Source: Chiloscyllium plagiosum
Taxonomy: Eukaryota
Direction: 5' to 3'
Length of the DNA: 64,000 nucleotides
Assembly: GCF_004010195.1 (NCBI RefSeq)
Contig: NC_057752.1
Location: forward strand, 4,960,879 to 5,024,878
The notes beneath the pieces are model-generated. The model had not been told where the DNA came from and did not search any database. It saw nothing but the letters and a program-made list of their open reading frames with translations. The translations under genes were made by a program, and so were the position numbers. Position 1 is the first letter of the stretch. Each line of letters begins with the position of its first letter. Below are positions 12,701 to 27,700 of the stretch, one piece after another.

Positions 12701-15700
12701 GGAATTGCATCACGCTATGTATCTTCACCCCTCTGCTGCTGAAACTCTAATTGTGTTTGACGTCTATACATGATGGACTATTCTGATGATGTTCTTGCTG
12801 TTTTCCATTCTCCATCCTCTAAGCTTCTATTTCTCCAAAATTCTGCATATTTTCTGTTGCATATTAAGGCTGGTTATCCGTTATCCATTATTTTTTCACT
12901 GATCTATTTGAGTTCCAGATCCCCTATGTGTAAAATTAAAATACTCTTTCTTGTGTGTAAAGTTCAGCCATGGCTTTGTTCCACCCTGACATTGCAATCT
13001 GCTCTATCCCTATGCTCTATCATGAGCACTTTGTTCTTCTGACTTTTGAATGAGCACTCACATTGCTGCAGCAGCTCCAAAAGTGACTGGCCATCTCTTT
13101 CTTGACAAGCCCTTTGCTTTGGTGGTGAGTGCTTGAGGCTGCAATGGGTCGCTTCCAACAATCCCACAGTGTCATGACTTTGGGGAAGACGAAAGAGTCA
13201 GATTTGAGCCACGACTTGCCTTTTCTCAATGTGCATGCACACGTTTTCAGGAAAGTTTCCATTTTAGAATCCTTTATCTGAGTGAGAGTGAACCTTCAAG
13301 TGGCAACCATCTGGAACCTTTTTCTGCCTATCCCAAAGACCACCAAGATTACAGAATCTTTTTGGTATTTCAGTCTGGTCTTTATTATGCTTTGAAATGT
13401 CATGCCTTGATTCAAAATTTACTCTTGTTTGAGCTGCATTTCTTGCAAATTTAGCAATGTGAATTTTCACATTTGAACCTTCTATTTTTCACCTTTCACC
13501 ACTGGTTGATGTATTGCTAGAACAGTTTGCTGCAAGACGCCCTTGAGGTCATACACAAAATGAGCCAATAAACAAGGCACAGGAAACAGAATTAGTGAAG
13601 CTATTTAAATCCGTCTATCAGTTGAGTTCAGGTGAAGCATCTACCTGTCTGTCAGGAGGGTTTGGCTCACTGTATAGCACCCTCTCTTCTGAGATCGAGG
13701 GTTGGAGTTCTGGTCTCAGTACCATGTGAGTGCTGTGTTTTTGAAGGGCCAGTACTGAGTATTCAGATATTAGGTGCTGCCTTTCAGATGTGAAGTTAGA
13801 CTTGAAACCCTGTCATCTTGGGAGGGTTATAAAAAGTCCAATGGTATGGACTTGACAAAGGATGGGATTGTTCTCCCTGGTGTTCTGGCCAGTATTTAGC
13901 CCCCAATTAATATCACTAAAACTTGCTACATTTACAAGTGTGCTGTGTTTAGAGTTCAGAAAAAAGTCTTCATTTGGCTGCAAAGTGCTTTGAGTCATCT
14001 TGAGGTCATGAAGGGAGCTATACAGTTCAAGTTCACATTCTCTGAGAATGGAGTCTGAAGTATAATTTGAAGAAGTTTAACATATTGATCACTATAGGAA
14101 AGGTAGTTTTTGCCTTGTATCAATATAAACTTGGTGAAAGAGGATCCCAAAAGTCTTGTATCTTTCACCAAGTCAATATTGGTGAGTTTTAGCTTAATAG
14201 TTTTTCCTTCTATTGCTGAGCTGTTAAAAGTTTAATTTTGAAATTTTATTTACTCTGTGACCTGACCTTTCTTCAAAAGTATACTAGGCTTTTCAAAACA
14301 AATTGGTATATCTGATTTTCACTGTTTTGAGGCTTGTAGTCATCCTCATGTAAAACCCAATTCTAACAATTTTTAAATGATTGTCTTATGAGTGGCTTGA
14401 TAGCAGTAATGACATCTACCATTAACTATTTCTAGTGGAATAATGTATTGTGAGCAGATTGGGAAAAGCAGCACAGTGTCCTGCAAAAGAAATTGGTGCA
14501 CTGATCAGAAATTAATGAAAATAAATGCACTTTAAGTCTTCAATGTGCAGTAAGTATAAATCATTTTTTAGAGTTTGGTATTATAAGTAGCAGCTTTATT
14601 TTCTTTTATACCCTTTCATTTGAGCCTACAATACTCAAGTGAGATGACTCTTCAATAACTTTGTGCAAATGAACCTCATCTTTAAACTTCTTTCCTGTTT
14701 AGTGGACTTTTAAGTAAGGAACTGTCCTTCATTGTGTTTGCCTTGATGAGATGCTACCAGAATTTCTATCATGCTGTTTTGTCTTTTACTCTCTTGGCAT
14801 CTTTGAGCTGATCGATTAAAGGGATACTCCTGAACCTCCTGATGAAGAGTCATTTAAATTTGAAATGTTAGCTTGCGCTCTGTCCATGGATGCTGTCTGA
14901 CCCACTGTGATCTCCAGTGTTTGTTGTCTTCACTCCTGAGCCATTGACCTTTTTCATAGCTGCCAGGTTTGGTGGTGTCAGCAGATGTGATTCTGCTAGT
15001 TTTAAACCTATTACTAAAAGTTAATAGTTAAACTGCTGGTCTGAGGGCAAAAGGACAGAAACATCAGTCACTGCTGGTTTGTAAATCTTATGCTTTTGGT
15101 TAGAGTCTGCAGTAAAATCTGCTTCCAACAACCAGCTAGGAGGAAACTGTTCTGGGTTGATTAAGTTCCTCCCAATGGAGTGAGTTGCAATGTTTTCAGA
15201 GCGGGGCAGGATGCTGAGAGCTGAGGATGTTTACAATCCCATCCTTCCAGCTGTGTGTGAAAATGTTCACTTGACTTCAAGCACGCAAAATTGTAGTTAT
15301 CTTTCTGTTCCAACAAGTGCTCTGGATCCTGTTTTTTTTTAACTTTTAGGTTTATAGGCTTTGAAGAAAGAATTTACAATGTATGGTGCATTTTACATCC
15401 TCTGGAAATCCCAAAGAAGATCAGAGTCAATAAATTACTAAATGTATTGACTGACATTTATGATCATCACAGCAGCCAATTTTCACAATCAGTAAAGGAC
15501 CCCCAACAATCAACGATATAAATGACTTAAGTTAATATGATTTGATGATACTTTTTTTCAGGGGAAATGTTAACAGAATATTGGATAGTTTCCTGCTCTT
15601 CAAATCGTAGCAGCGAGACATTTACAGCACTCGAGCCATTTGGGCCATCAAGTCATGAGCTCTTTTATGCCACTTGACTAGTTCAAGAAAGATGGGAAAT

Positions 15701-18700
15701 TTTTATGAAACCACTTTTTTTTTGTTTAGAGAAGAGAAAATAGATTTACAGTTATATAACTACTTTTGTGACCTTTAGACATCCCAAAGTGCTTTGTACC
15801 TAGTTAATTACTTTTGAAATGTGGTCACTTCTGTAATTCAGGGAAGTACCTCTGGGGTTCAAAGTTTTAAAATGTGAAGCTTTCTGCTTCAATTGGGTTT
15901 TTGACAAATTCAGTGGTATTTTCTTCTTCCAATTTTGCGATGACTCATGCCTATGGTTGGTAACTTACTGACTAGAGAATTGTTGGAACGCGTCCATGTT
16001 GTCCTATTCTGCTAATGTGTATATTTTAAATGTACCTTGCAGTTAGAGAGATGCTATGATTTCTAAGATTTTTGTTCAAAACTGTGAAGTTGTGTGCAGT
16101 ACTTGCAAATGAATAAGGGGACTTCTGACAGGCCCTGGTTGGTAATTGAGCTTAGCCTGCAAAATACTGGGAACTATACCTTCACAACAGCAGCATTTGA
16201 ATAGTGTCTTTCAGATGGCAAAATGTCCCAAGGCATTTTGTCAACACTTTTTAGCAAACGGAATTTGACACAGAACCACAGAGTGATACTGGGACAGTTG
16301 ACCAAATGTTTAATTAAAAAGTTAGGTTTTGAGGAGTGGATCAAAGAGGAGGGACAGAATTTACAGCCAAATTGGTGAAAGGTGAGGAAGGAAGTGGGGA
16401 GTGCCTGTACAGATGTCCCTTTAACCTCTCGTCCTTTCTCGCTAACACTGAAGAAGCTGGATTGTCCGAAACATGAAGTACTGAGTGCTGGTTTTTTTTT
16501 GAGCGATTATGTTTCGGTGCTGATCGGTTTAGTTTGGAACAATGATATTGTGCAACCAAGTGGTGCAAATTAACTAGATCAACCCTGGGGATATCTCCCT
16601 TGTAGCAGAAGTACAAAAATATACTTTTAAACAGTTTTTAAAAAAAAACTGAGCTGGTTTGTATATAAATGTATGTTTCTAACGTGTTGGAAATTTATTT
16701 TGGCTGTGCTGGGCAGAGGAGGATTTACACTGGCCTTGTAATGTACTCTCAAGACCACAAGCCACACTAAAAAATCTTTAGTTGGGAGGAGTTAACTGAT
16801 TTGTGCAATATTGTGACGGTTTAACTCTACATCCCGTTCTACAAATGTATCAGCATTGTAGATTCTTGAGAGTTGGGAAGAATTCAATGAGATAAGTGGC
16901 TTCTGTGAATACAATCCACAGTTATGAGATATGGAATTCAGTGTTGGATTTGTTATTTGCAGCAGTGACTTTGTGTATACTTGTCTGATAATGCGCAATT
17001 TCATTGTGATTAGGAAATTAACAAGGTTTTTTTTTGGCTTTGGTAGTGATGTCAGTGTTTAACGTGTTCTCCCTTTCTAATGAGTCATGCAATCATATCA
17101 ATTCAATACTTTACTTTTTGTGCAATGTCATTTGCAGTTTTCAAATGGACTGTTCATGTCCAATAAAAATCTTTGAAGATTCTTTTGTCAACAAATTTGG
17201 GAATTTCATGTAGGTTTTTAAATTTGCTTAGGATCCCTAGTAGACAATTGAATTTTGACAAATGCTCAAACCCTCTGATTCAATATTTCTGTGAACTATT
17301 TGACTAACCATTAAACATTCAGCACATACAAAGTTTGTGAGAAGATTTGTAGCTCGGGTGCTCGTTATTGTGGCTCTGTTCGCCGAGCTGGGAATTTGTG
17401 TTGCAGACATTTCGTCCCTGTCTAGGTGACATCCTCAGTGCTTGGGAGCCTCCTGTGAAGCGCTTCTGTGATGTTTCCTCCTGCATTTATAGTGGTTTGT
17501 CTCTGCCGCTTCCGGTTGTCAGTTCCAGCTGTCCGTTGCAGTGGTCGGTATATTGGGTCCAGGTCGATGTGCTTATTGATTGAATCTGTGGATGAGTGCC
17601 ATGCCTCTAGGAATTCCCTGGCTGTTCTCTGTTTGGCTTGTTCTATGATAGTAGTGTTGTCCCAGTCGAACTCATGTTGCTCGTCATCTGCGTGTGTGGC
17701 TACTAAGGATAGCTGGTCGTGTCGTTTCGTGGCTAGTTGGTGTTCATGGATGCGGATCGTTAGCTGTCTTCCTGTTTGTCCTATGTAGTGTTTTGTGCAG
17801 TCCTTGCATGGGATTTTGTACACTACATTGGTTTTGCTCATGCTGGGTATCGGGTCCTTCGTTCTGGTGAGTTGTTGTCTGAGAGTGGCTGTTGGTTTGT
17901 GTGCTGTTGTGAGTCCTAGTGGTCGATAAGAACATAATCATACTACCAGCAGACAAAGGCAGAATGACGATCATCCTAGACAGAGCAGAGTACATCCAAA
18001 AAGCGCAACAACTACTTACAGATTTCAACACCTACCAAAAGAGGGAGTTTGACCCCACCCCACAGCTCACTAATAGGATAAACAACACACTGAGGAACCG
18101 ACAAAAAAACGGACAGATAACCAGGGCTGACCTACAAAGTATGAAACCTGAAAGCAACAACACCCCCAGATTCTATGGACTACCTAAAGTGCACAAACCA
18201 GACATCCCACTCAGACCCATAGTATCACTACCAGGGACACCATCACACAAACTGGCTAAAGAACTACAGCAGAAACTGAAACACCTGATCAGCGGATCCA
18301 GACACTCTATACAGTCAACACAGGAATTCTTCAACATCATCAGAAATATACACAGAAAAGGAAGAAACTATGGTCTCTTTCGATGTAACGGCACTGTTCA
18401 CCTCTATTGACAAAACCCGAGCCAGAGAAACAATAGCCAACCTGCTGGACATACAGAACAGACAACAGGACGGTGAACCTATCAACAAAGACGGCATATT
18501 CAAACTATTGGACCTGTGCCTCACAACACACTTCACATTCAACAACCAAATATATGAACAAATCAACGGCACACCCATGGGCTCACCCATCTCTGGACTC
18601 ATAGCAGAAGCGGTAATGCAAAGATTAGAACAAACAGTCTTACCGCAAATTCAACCCAAACTCTGGGTCAGATATGTGGATGACACCTTTTGTAATCATT

Positions 18701-21700
18701 AAAAACACAGAAATACAGAACACACACACCGGATCATCAACTCCACACTCACAGGAATCCGATTCACTAGAGAGGAAGGAAAGGACAACCAACTCCCATT
18801 CCTAGACGTGATGGTACAGAGAACACCGAACGGAGAATTCACCACAAAGGTATATAGGAAAGGCACGCACACACACAGACCAAGTCCTGAACTACGAAAG
18901 CAACCACCCCAACACACACTAAAGAAGTTGCATCAAGACACTGTTCAAAAGGGCCACAACACACTATAGTACACCTGAACTGCAAAAAGAGGAAGAAGAA
19001 CACCTATACAATGTATTCGCCAAAAACGGATACCCGCGCAATTTCATCAACAGATGCCTAAGGGAAAGACAACGGAACGAGGACATGCCACAACCCAAAG
19101 GATTAGCCACACTACCATACATCAAGAGCATTTCCGAACTGACAGCCAGACTACTGTGACCACGAGGACTCATAACAGCTCACAAACCAACAGCCACTCT
19201 CCAACAACATCTCACCAGAACGAAGGACCAGATACCCAGCATGAGCAAAACTAATGTAGTGTACAAAATCCCATGCAAGGACTGCACAAAACACTACATA
19301 GGACAAACAGGAAGACAGCTAACGATCCGCATCCATGAACACCAACTAGCCACGAAACGACACGACCAGCTATCCTTAGCCACACACGCAGATGACGAGC
19401 AACATGAGTTCGACTGGGACAACACTACTATCATAGAACAAGCCAAACAGAGAACAGCCAGGGAATTCCTAGAGGCATGGCACTCATCCACAGATTCAAT
19501 CAACAAGCACATCGACTTGGACCCAATATACCGACCACTGCAGCGGACAGCTGGAACTGACAACCGGAAGCGGCAGAGACAAACCACTATAAATGCAGGA
19601 GGAAACATCACAGAAGCGCTTCACAGGAGGCTCCTGAGCACTGAGGATGTCACCTAGACAGGGGACAAAACGTTTGCAACACAAATTCCCAGCTCGGCGA
19701 ACAAAACCACAACATTCGGCACATACACTATACTGGATTACTTCAGCCATCTCTTGTGTTCTTCTAGGGCAGGTTTGAAACACAGGAGGTTCTTAAGTCA
19801 CTTTATTCTCAAAGAAGAGGCCTTTTGGATGGGTATATGAATAGGAAGGGTTTGGAGGGATATGGGCTTGGTGCTGGCAGGTGGGACTAGATTGGGTTGA
19901 GATATCTGGTCGGCATGGACGGGTTGGACCAAAGGGTCTGTTTCCTTGCTGTGCATCTCTATGACTCTAATAGCTGAGGTGGTTTCCCACTGCCTTCCTC
20001 ATTGTTTTTATCTTGGTAGAGTACCTTCTCCTATGTGGAGTGAAAACAAGACTAAAAACCCATCTACCTCATTACATTGGAGTGGCATCTGCTCCCATTG
20101 GATGCATGTATCTACTTGCTGGATGTCAACCTGAGCTCCATTTACCAGGGTCCAGAGCTGTCTGAATTTGCATTCTGACACCCTTCGTTTTCTTTGCTCT
20201 AGGCTAAGGAGAACATTGGCCACGGTTGTTGCCCTTGATTGCTGTAAATTTGAACTGTCAGTGCAGGTGTTTACTCAGGACAGGATTGGGTTTGGCTATG
20301 AAGCTCTCTCTCTCCATTATTGAAAATTTGAAATTGTCTGATGTTCGGAGTGTAATGTTTAAAACCTTTTCACTTTCAGAATGCCGGTGGCAAATTTAAG
20401 TGGAAACACAAAAGGTTACAGGCCTTCAGTTTTCCCAACCCACTGATTTTAACAATACAGTTGGAGAAGTTGTGTATTGAAGCTAAGTGTTTCCTTGCAG
20501 TAGGAGGGCTGAGTAATTTTTGAGTTTTTTTTTTGGTTTGAATTACTTTGGTAGACTTTGCAGAGCAGGTTATTGCTCTCTTGGCCAAAAATATTACGTG
20601 TGCATATATGAAGGCTGAGTCAACAGTTTGCAAAGCCTGTGGTCTCGGCACCTTGTATGGCTGTGAAACTTGGAAGGTATACAAGTCTAAAGGGGGGGGA
20701 GAAAAAAGCTCCATAATTTCTATTGTTATTGCTGCATGTTAAGGGGGTCTCCTGGCAGGACAAAATCACAAATGCAGCAGTCCTCCTGGATACTCACCAG
20801 ATAGAGGTAGCTTTGGCTCAGTCTTGTCTATGTGCACAGGATGAAAATGGTCGTGTAACCAACGACTTTCCACATGATGACGTAACCGGAACCTGGTGAC
20901 CAGTAGGATCCCCAAGTGTACTTAAAATTGTGACATGAAGACTCTCTAACAGCAATTATTCCATGGTTGCTAGCTGACAACAGGAAGAATGGTGACACTT
21001 TTTGGGCTAAATTGTATCAGTGGCAAGAGCTGCTTGGCAACAGACACCAACACCGAAAACAATCCACAATGATTTTTGTAGCAGGTTCTGCCACTCGGGT
21101 TGGTTTCTTCAGCTGTCAGTAAGAGTGTACCAAATGAAGACGCGCCATCCAAAATGGTTTTGTTTACTCTGTGCCTGACATCTTCTGGAGATGGATGGAT
21201 GCCAGACAAATGGAATGCATGTGTAAAATAAAATCAGCAATGACTTTTCGCATCCTGATACAAAGCCATCATGTTTTCTTTCCTCCTCCAGCCCCAAGTA
21301 AATTTTCAGCTGAAATGGTGCATAACTGAAAAAGAAATTAATGGAGAACAATTGGAGTTCATGTTTAAAATCCACCAAACCTGTTTTAACTTTTGGTTGT
21401 TTTGTGTATACCATCTACAAGAATTTCATAATGTGTTTTGTTTTGGTTTTTGGCCAAGCATTTCCTGATGGCAATAAATCTAAAAAGCAATGTGTCTGGT
21501 AGAAAATCTCCATGTCATGTGTGAATGCCTGGAATATAGGTTATACATGTGCCAGTCTCTATTGACACAAAAATACATTTGTGGCTTGTAGCTGTCACTT
21601 GAGACCTGTGCAAACTTGTCTATTCTTGGATCCTGCATTAAACTAATGCACTGTGTCTTTTTTGTTTGTATCTTTGCCCAAGCTAAGGAATTGCTCATTT

Positions 21701-24700
21701 AATCTGTATACACGATACAAGGATATGCTTGTTGTTGAAATATGGTTTAGGATTGGGTTCCACACATTTGGCAGTGCAGAAGTCCATGCCATGTTCTAAT
21801 TGGCTAGGCTTTCTATTTACTACAGGTAACAGCAGGGCTGGAGAAACTCAACAGGTGTCGAGAGAGAAACAAAGTTAATGTTTCCAGTCTAGTTTCAGAA
21901 CCGAAGAGGAGTCATGGGACTTTAAACATTAATTCCGTTTTCTCTTCATGTAAATTTCTCTGGCACTTTGTTTGTTTGTTTTTCAGCTCTCCAGCCACTG
22001 CAGTATTTTGCTTTTGTTTTCTAGTTTACTCTTTCCTCTTGCTATTCCCTTATTCACTCTGTCCCCTCCCCAATGTAAAGTTGACGTAATGAGTTGAACC
22101 GTTTATTTCCACATCTGGAAACACTGATGTCTGGGGCTGCTTGTAAGCCTTAAGGGTCACTGTTTAACTTAGAATCAATTAAGAATTTTATGTGAATCTT
22201 TTACAAAATTTTACAAAAATAACTCACCAGTTTAACATGTTTGTTGTTTGGTTGTGTGTTTTTGAACTTTTACAGGAATATTTTTGCATAAAAGACCATT
22301 TGGGATCTGCATCCCCTAAAATGATCTGACCCTTGTTTTGATTTGAATGAGAGAAATTCTTCTTCACCTCTTGAATGTATTGGTTTTTGCACAAGGGTAC
22401 TGCTTCCAAGCAGGGTAACTGAAAACCACAGATGTGATCATGCTGCCCTTTGGTAGTTTGCCCCAGATCTGGGTAATGCTCATAGCCAGCATTGTGAGCC
22501 ATGGCTAACAGTGGAACTAATGAATCCTCCGCTATTGAATAGTGGCTTGACAGGCCACATGGCGTATTCCTTCTATTTCTTTTATTTTGTTATTTGTTAT
22601 CCCTTTTTTCCATTCACCTTTTATTTTGTTGTATTATCTACATCATCTGATTGCAGTTGACTCCTTTGGGAGGGTGGGGGTGTGCAGTGATTTCTCAGCT
22701 GTGATCTTTCTTCCTGATTTCCTAGCCCACTCCCCTTGTTCATGGTGGGAACAGTCATAGTACCCTGTATGTGCTTGGTTCCTATCAGGAACAGTAGAGC
22801 AGACTCTGTCACTGCTGAGCAGATATGTGAATGGTCATGTTTGTGCAGCTTTAACAATCATAAGAATGGAACCAGTTTATCAGCAGGAATTAGTTGTTTT
22901 TCTCAAATTATTGGTTGTATCATTTTTGGGTCTGGACCAGTTTAAATCATTGATCATATTATTAACCATTTTAGTTCATGCAGACCAATTTACACTTGCC
23001 TCAGTTTTATAGTTCACTGTTTGGAAACCGGGAGCTTTCAAAAAAGAGATTGCAAGCAATTTAAAAAATTACCTCTTGTATAATACAAGGAACAGGAATA
23101 GGCCATTCTGACCTCTTGAGCCTGTTCTGCCATTTCAATCAGATCATAGTTGATTTACCATGGTTCCATATCCATTAATATACCAACAAAAATCTATTTC
23201 TCATGTAATAGATTTAATACATAATAGTGAGACTTTAAAATGTTGTGGTCTGGGATCAGTTGTTGGGATTGCATATAGATTCCATGGAACAGTGCAAGAG
23301 AAGGAAAGCAGCTCTGTATTCTTCAAATATACTTGCATCCTGAGGAAGAACAATGAAAAAAGTGCAGAGTGATTGAAAGGTGTCTTGTGCATTGTTTTCT
23401 AAAAAAAAAATCCTCCTGTTAATAATTTTAGAATCACCTGGTCTGAACACAAAACATTTTGAGTGTTTTAGTCCTGTTTATTCCTCCCAATTGAAGTATA
23501 GCATTTAAGACCAGATTTATTCAGTAAATGGATGCACGAAAGAGAAAGGTGCTGTTTTCTGAGTTTTTGTTGGAGTTCTTTTTGGTGTTTTCCCTGATCT
23601 TGTTTCTCCACTTCTTCCTGATGGCAGGTGTGCCAGTCTCTGGTACTTCATCCAAGTGTAGGTCCCCATAATGGAGGAAGGTACTGCAGCTGATCTCTCT
23701 CATACTGCCCTGCCAGGAAGTAGGATAATTGTTTCAAGAGAGAGAACTCTGGTGTTGCACAGCTGATTGTGCCATCAAAGGAACCAACCATAAATTTTTT
23801 CAATTCCGCTTTCCAAATGAGAGCTAGGTTTCACTTTACATGCCTAACTTTCAGCAAGTGATGATTGGAGAAGGTGAATTTGAATATTTTGAGTGGCATT
23901 TCTATTGTCTGATCTAATTGTTTTAACTCTTAACTGTTTTTTTCTCTTGTTCTTTCTCCACAGATCTGTGCACTACTGTTCACTGCTTTGTATATTCTCT
24001 CCTATCTGGTAATCACTCGATTTAAGAAGAATGCAGACTTTGCAGCAGGTGACTTTTTTTAAAAACCTTTTTTTCTGACAAGTTCTGAAATAACTTATTC
24101 TGACTTTGTCTCAGGTGATTTGTTTTAAGGCTTTGGGTGACATGAATTATTAGTTCTGATTTAAGACTGTGGATACTTCCAGTGTTGGTCATTGGTGGGA
24201 CATTACATGTGTATCAATGTGCTGTTGTAGATAAATACAGCATGGATCCACTGTATCTTGGCATTTGCAATGTTTACTGTAACTCTTTACAAAGCCTAGT
24301 GGTAGGTTTAATGTGATACTTACTTTCAGATGTCAGCATCTTGATCTTGGAAGGCCGTTAACCAAGGTATCCTAAACTAGTAATTTTCTTTCCCCCTACT
24401 TACATGGGGACTGATGACATTGTTCCTATGTCAGAGGTGTGATACAAATGCAAGTTGTTGGGTAACATATATGTGAAAGGGTGGTGGCTGTCAGCCTGAA
24501 AATCCTGATGAGTGACTGCTTATGTATGCGGGTTCCATTTCTGGTTTCAAAATTAGTAAGTATTCTGTTCCAAGTGTGCTGAGTGGTGAAATGAGAGGCG
24601 CCCCTTTGTTAACCAAGTTGACTGACTAGATTGCTGAAATATTGAAGGATTGCATATGTTTGAATTGCAGCTACTGCATTTCATTGATTGCTTCAATGTA

Positions 24701-27700
24701 GAAGAGATTTAAAACCCCTTATGGCATGATCATCCAAATACAACTATTTTTAAAAACAAAAGCATTTTACAATTAATGCAGATGTTGGAAATTTATAACA
24801 AAAACAAAGTGCTGGTGCAACTCAGCAGGTCTGGCAACATCTATGAAGAGAAAAGCAGAGTTAATGATTCAAGTCCAATGACCCTTTATTCAACTTGAGA
24901 TGTTAACTGTGTTTCTGTCTCCACAGATGCTGCCATACCTGCTGAGTTTCTCCAGCATTTATTTTTTAATTTAGTGTTTTAATGATCTTCAGAAAAGATG
25001 AGTCCTATCTGAAATACGTGAGCTTGAACTATCCCATATATTTATAATAATTGATAAATAACAGCTTGGCCATCCATTGTTGAGATTTCTGCAGGCTGCT
25101 GATGAAGTAGACTGCAATAAGGAATTTGTCAGAACTTGATAGTAACACCATTTTAGAAAAAAAAGAAAGTTTTCACTTCCATATGCTCCTGGAGAATGAC
25201 TAACCCATTTAAAAGATATATATCCAAAAAGCTTTGCTATTCTGCCTCCAGCCTCTAAAACGTAACCTTCACTCAGCACCACCCTTTGTCGTAGCTCAAG
25301 TTTGACTTAATTTTTAAAAAATGCAAACTATTAACTGGGTGCAATTCTGAATTTTAAAGAGTCCAGTACTTCCTTGCATCATGAAAGCTGAGTGACGTAG
25401 ACTCTCTTGCCTGCAGCGTAATGTGTCTTTTAAAACAAATGCCTTGCCATCAATTGATGTCCAGTTGCCTTTGTCACTCTCAGCAATGCTGTCATCAATT
25501 TGAAACGTCAAGACAGCTCTCCCAAGGCAGAACCTTGTCCTCAGGGGAAGTAGTGGGGAGGGAGAAGAGGATTTGTTCCATCAGGTTTATATTAAATGTT
25601 GAGACTTGTTTTCATTCACAGGGCATGTTTCCATGATTGGGTTTGTTTCGAAGGCTGTTTAATTAATTTACTGTAAGTTTATTATCATTCAGCCTGTCAG
25701 CTGAGCTAGAGTTTGTGTGGAAAAATTGAAAGACATTGAACACTAATTTCTCTAGTGCTCAAATCTCCATGTTTTCACCTCCCGTCTATTGGAAGCGATG
25801 AATTAAAGAAATGCTTGTGTTGAGAAATTTCCCACAGCAACAGATCAGAATCGTACAGTTTGTTTCAAGCATGGGGAGTTTGATCTGGAGCATGACAAGT
25901 GGTTAAAACATCAGTTAGCAAAAAGTTGGTTATTCCAATGTTTACACCATTCTGAAGTGGTAACATTCCTGTCCAATACAATCCCACCTCTTCAAGTCTC
26001 TCCCACCCCCAATTTCTTTCTAGTTATGTTGTGATTCATTCAGTACGAGGTTCCACAGGGCCTTACCTTGGGCTGTTCATCACCCCAAGCCAAGAAGGCA
26101 ATTGTAAGTGAATTCCTTAAACACAGAAAGAACTCCTTTTGGGTTCTGCCAGGGCCAGTTAGGCTGTCATGAGGTCAGAAACCTTGTTCAAACATGGACA
26201 AAAGAGCTGAATTCCAGAGGTTAGAAGCGAGTGTCAGCCCTTGACATCAAGGTGGCATTTGACCGAGTGTGGCATCAAAGAGACCTAGCAAAACAGGAAT
26301 CATTGGGAGTTGGGGTCTGGGACTGTCTTCTGATCGGTGTCATATCTGGTACATGGAAAGATGGTTGTGATTGTTGGAGGTCAGTCATCTCAGATCCAGG
26401 ATATATCCACAGGAGTTCCTCAGGGTAGTTTCCTCGGCCCAACCACCTTCAGCTGCTTCATCGATGACCTTCCCTCCCTCACAAGGTCAGATATGGGAAT
26501 GTGTTGTCATTGGCAAACTGTGTTCAGCACCTCATGACACCTCAGGTACTGAAGCGGTCCATGTTCAAATGCAGCAAGACCTGGATGATATCCAGGCTTG
26601 AGCTGAAAAGTGGCAAGTAACATTTGCACGATACAAGTGCCAGGCAATGACCACCACCAATAAACCCACTGCCCCTGCAATTTAATGGTATTACCATCAC
26701 TGAATTTCCACTATCAAGATGCTGAGGTCACCATTGACTTGAAACCAAACTGGATTAGACCAATAAATGCAGTGGCTACAAGAGCAGGGAGAAGCTTCTG
26801 ACTCCCCCAGAACCTGTCCACCATCTCCAAGGCACAAGTCGAGACAGCGATAGAATACTCCCTACTTATGTAGCTCCGTCAACACATAGAAGCTTGGCAC
26901 CATCCAGGACAAAGCAGCCTACTTGATTGGCATTGCATCCACAAACATTCACTCCCTCCTCCATCAGTGCAGCAGTGTGTACCATCTACACTGTGCACTG
27001 CAGAAAGGTGCCAAGGCTCCTGCGACAACACCTTCCAAAACCAAAACCTTTACCATCTGGAAGGGCAAAGAACAGCAGATACAGGGGAACACCACCACCT
27101 ACAAGTTCCCCTCCAAGCCACTCACTATCATGACTTGGAAATATATTGCCATTCCTTCAGTGTCATTGGGTCACAATCCTGGAATTTTCTCCCTAATGGG
27201 GTTGTGGGTCAACTCGCAGCACATAGACTATAGTGACTCAAGAAGGCAGTCACCCCCACTTCCTCAAGGGCATTAGGGATGGGCAATGAATGCAGGTCTA
27301 ATCAGCAAACCCCACACCCCATGAATGAATTAAAAAGAATTCCTGAGGTATTGTTGATATGTAACAGTTTTCTTTCTGTTGACCTACAAGGCCACATGTC
27401 ATATCCCAGCGGTACCAAGGGTTATTCTTAGCATAGATTGGGAATTAAACACACCTTGTTGATCATCTTGTACATCTTTAACTACATCAGCTGCTTCATT
27501 TGTCCAATTGTTGACAGAATCCTGCAGTACTGAGCATTTTAATGAGACTGTTTATTTTACGTAGAATTATGTTTTTAGTGCCTCCTGTGTTGAGATCGGA
27601 GTTGTCCTTCACAGATGACTATTTTCCCCCAGAGGCAGCATTGTTGGTTATAGAGGTCCTACTTCCTCCCTTGTTGAGATCAACTAATTCCTTGCAGGCG

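Noticed and set aside
8350..17300. Hidden nested gene or snoRNA in intron 1
   Set aside because: Short ORFs show no recognisable domains or consistent splice structure, and I could not identify box C/D or H/ACA architecture by eye. Conserved non-coding elements cannot be assessed without alignment.
17919..19657. Active, intact Penelope ORF
   Set aside because: 5'-truncated, with frameshifts near 18350, 18690 and 18870 and an in-frame stop near 19157; cannot encode a full protein.
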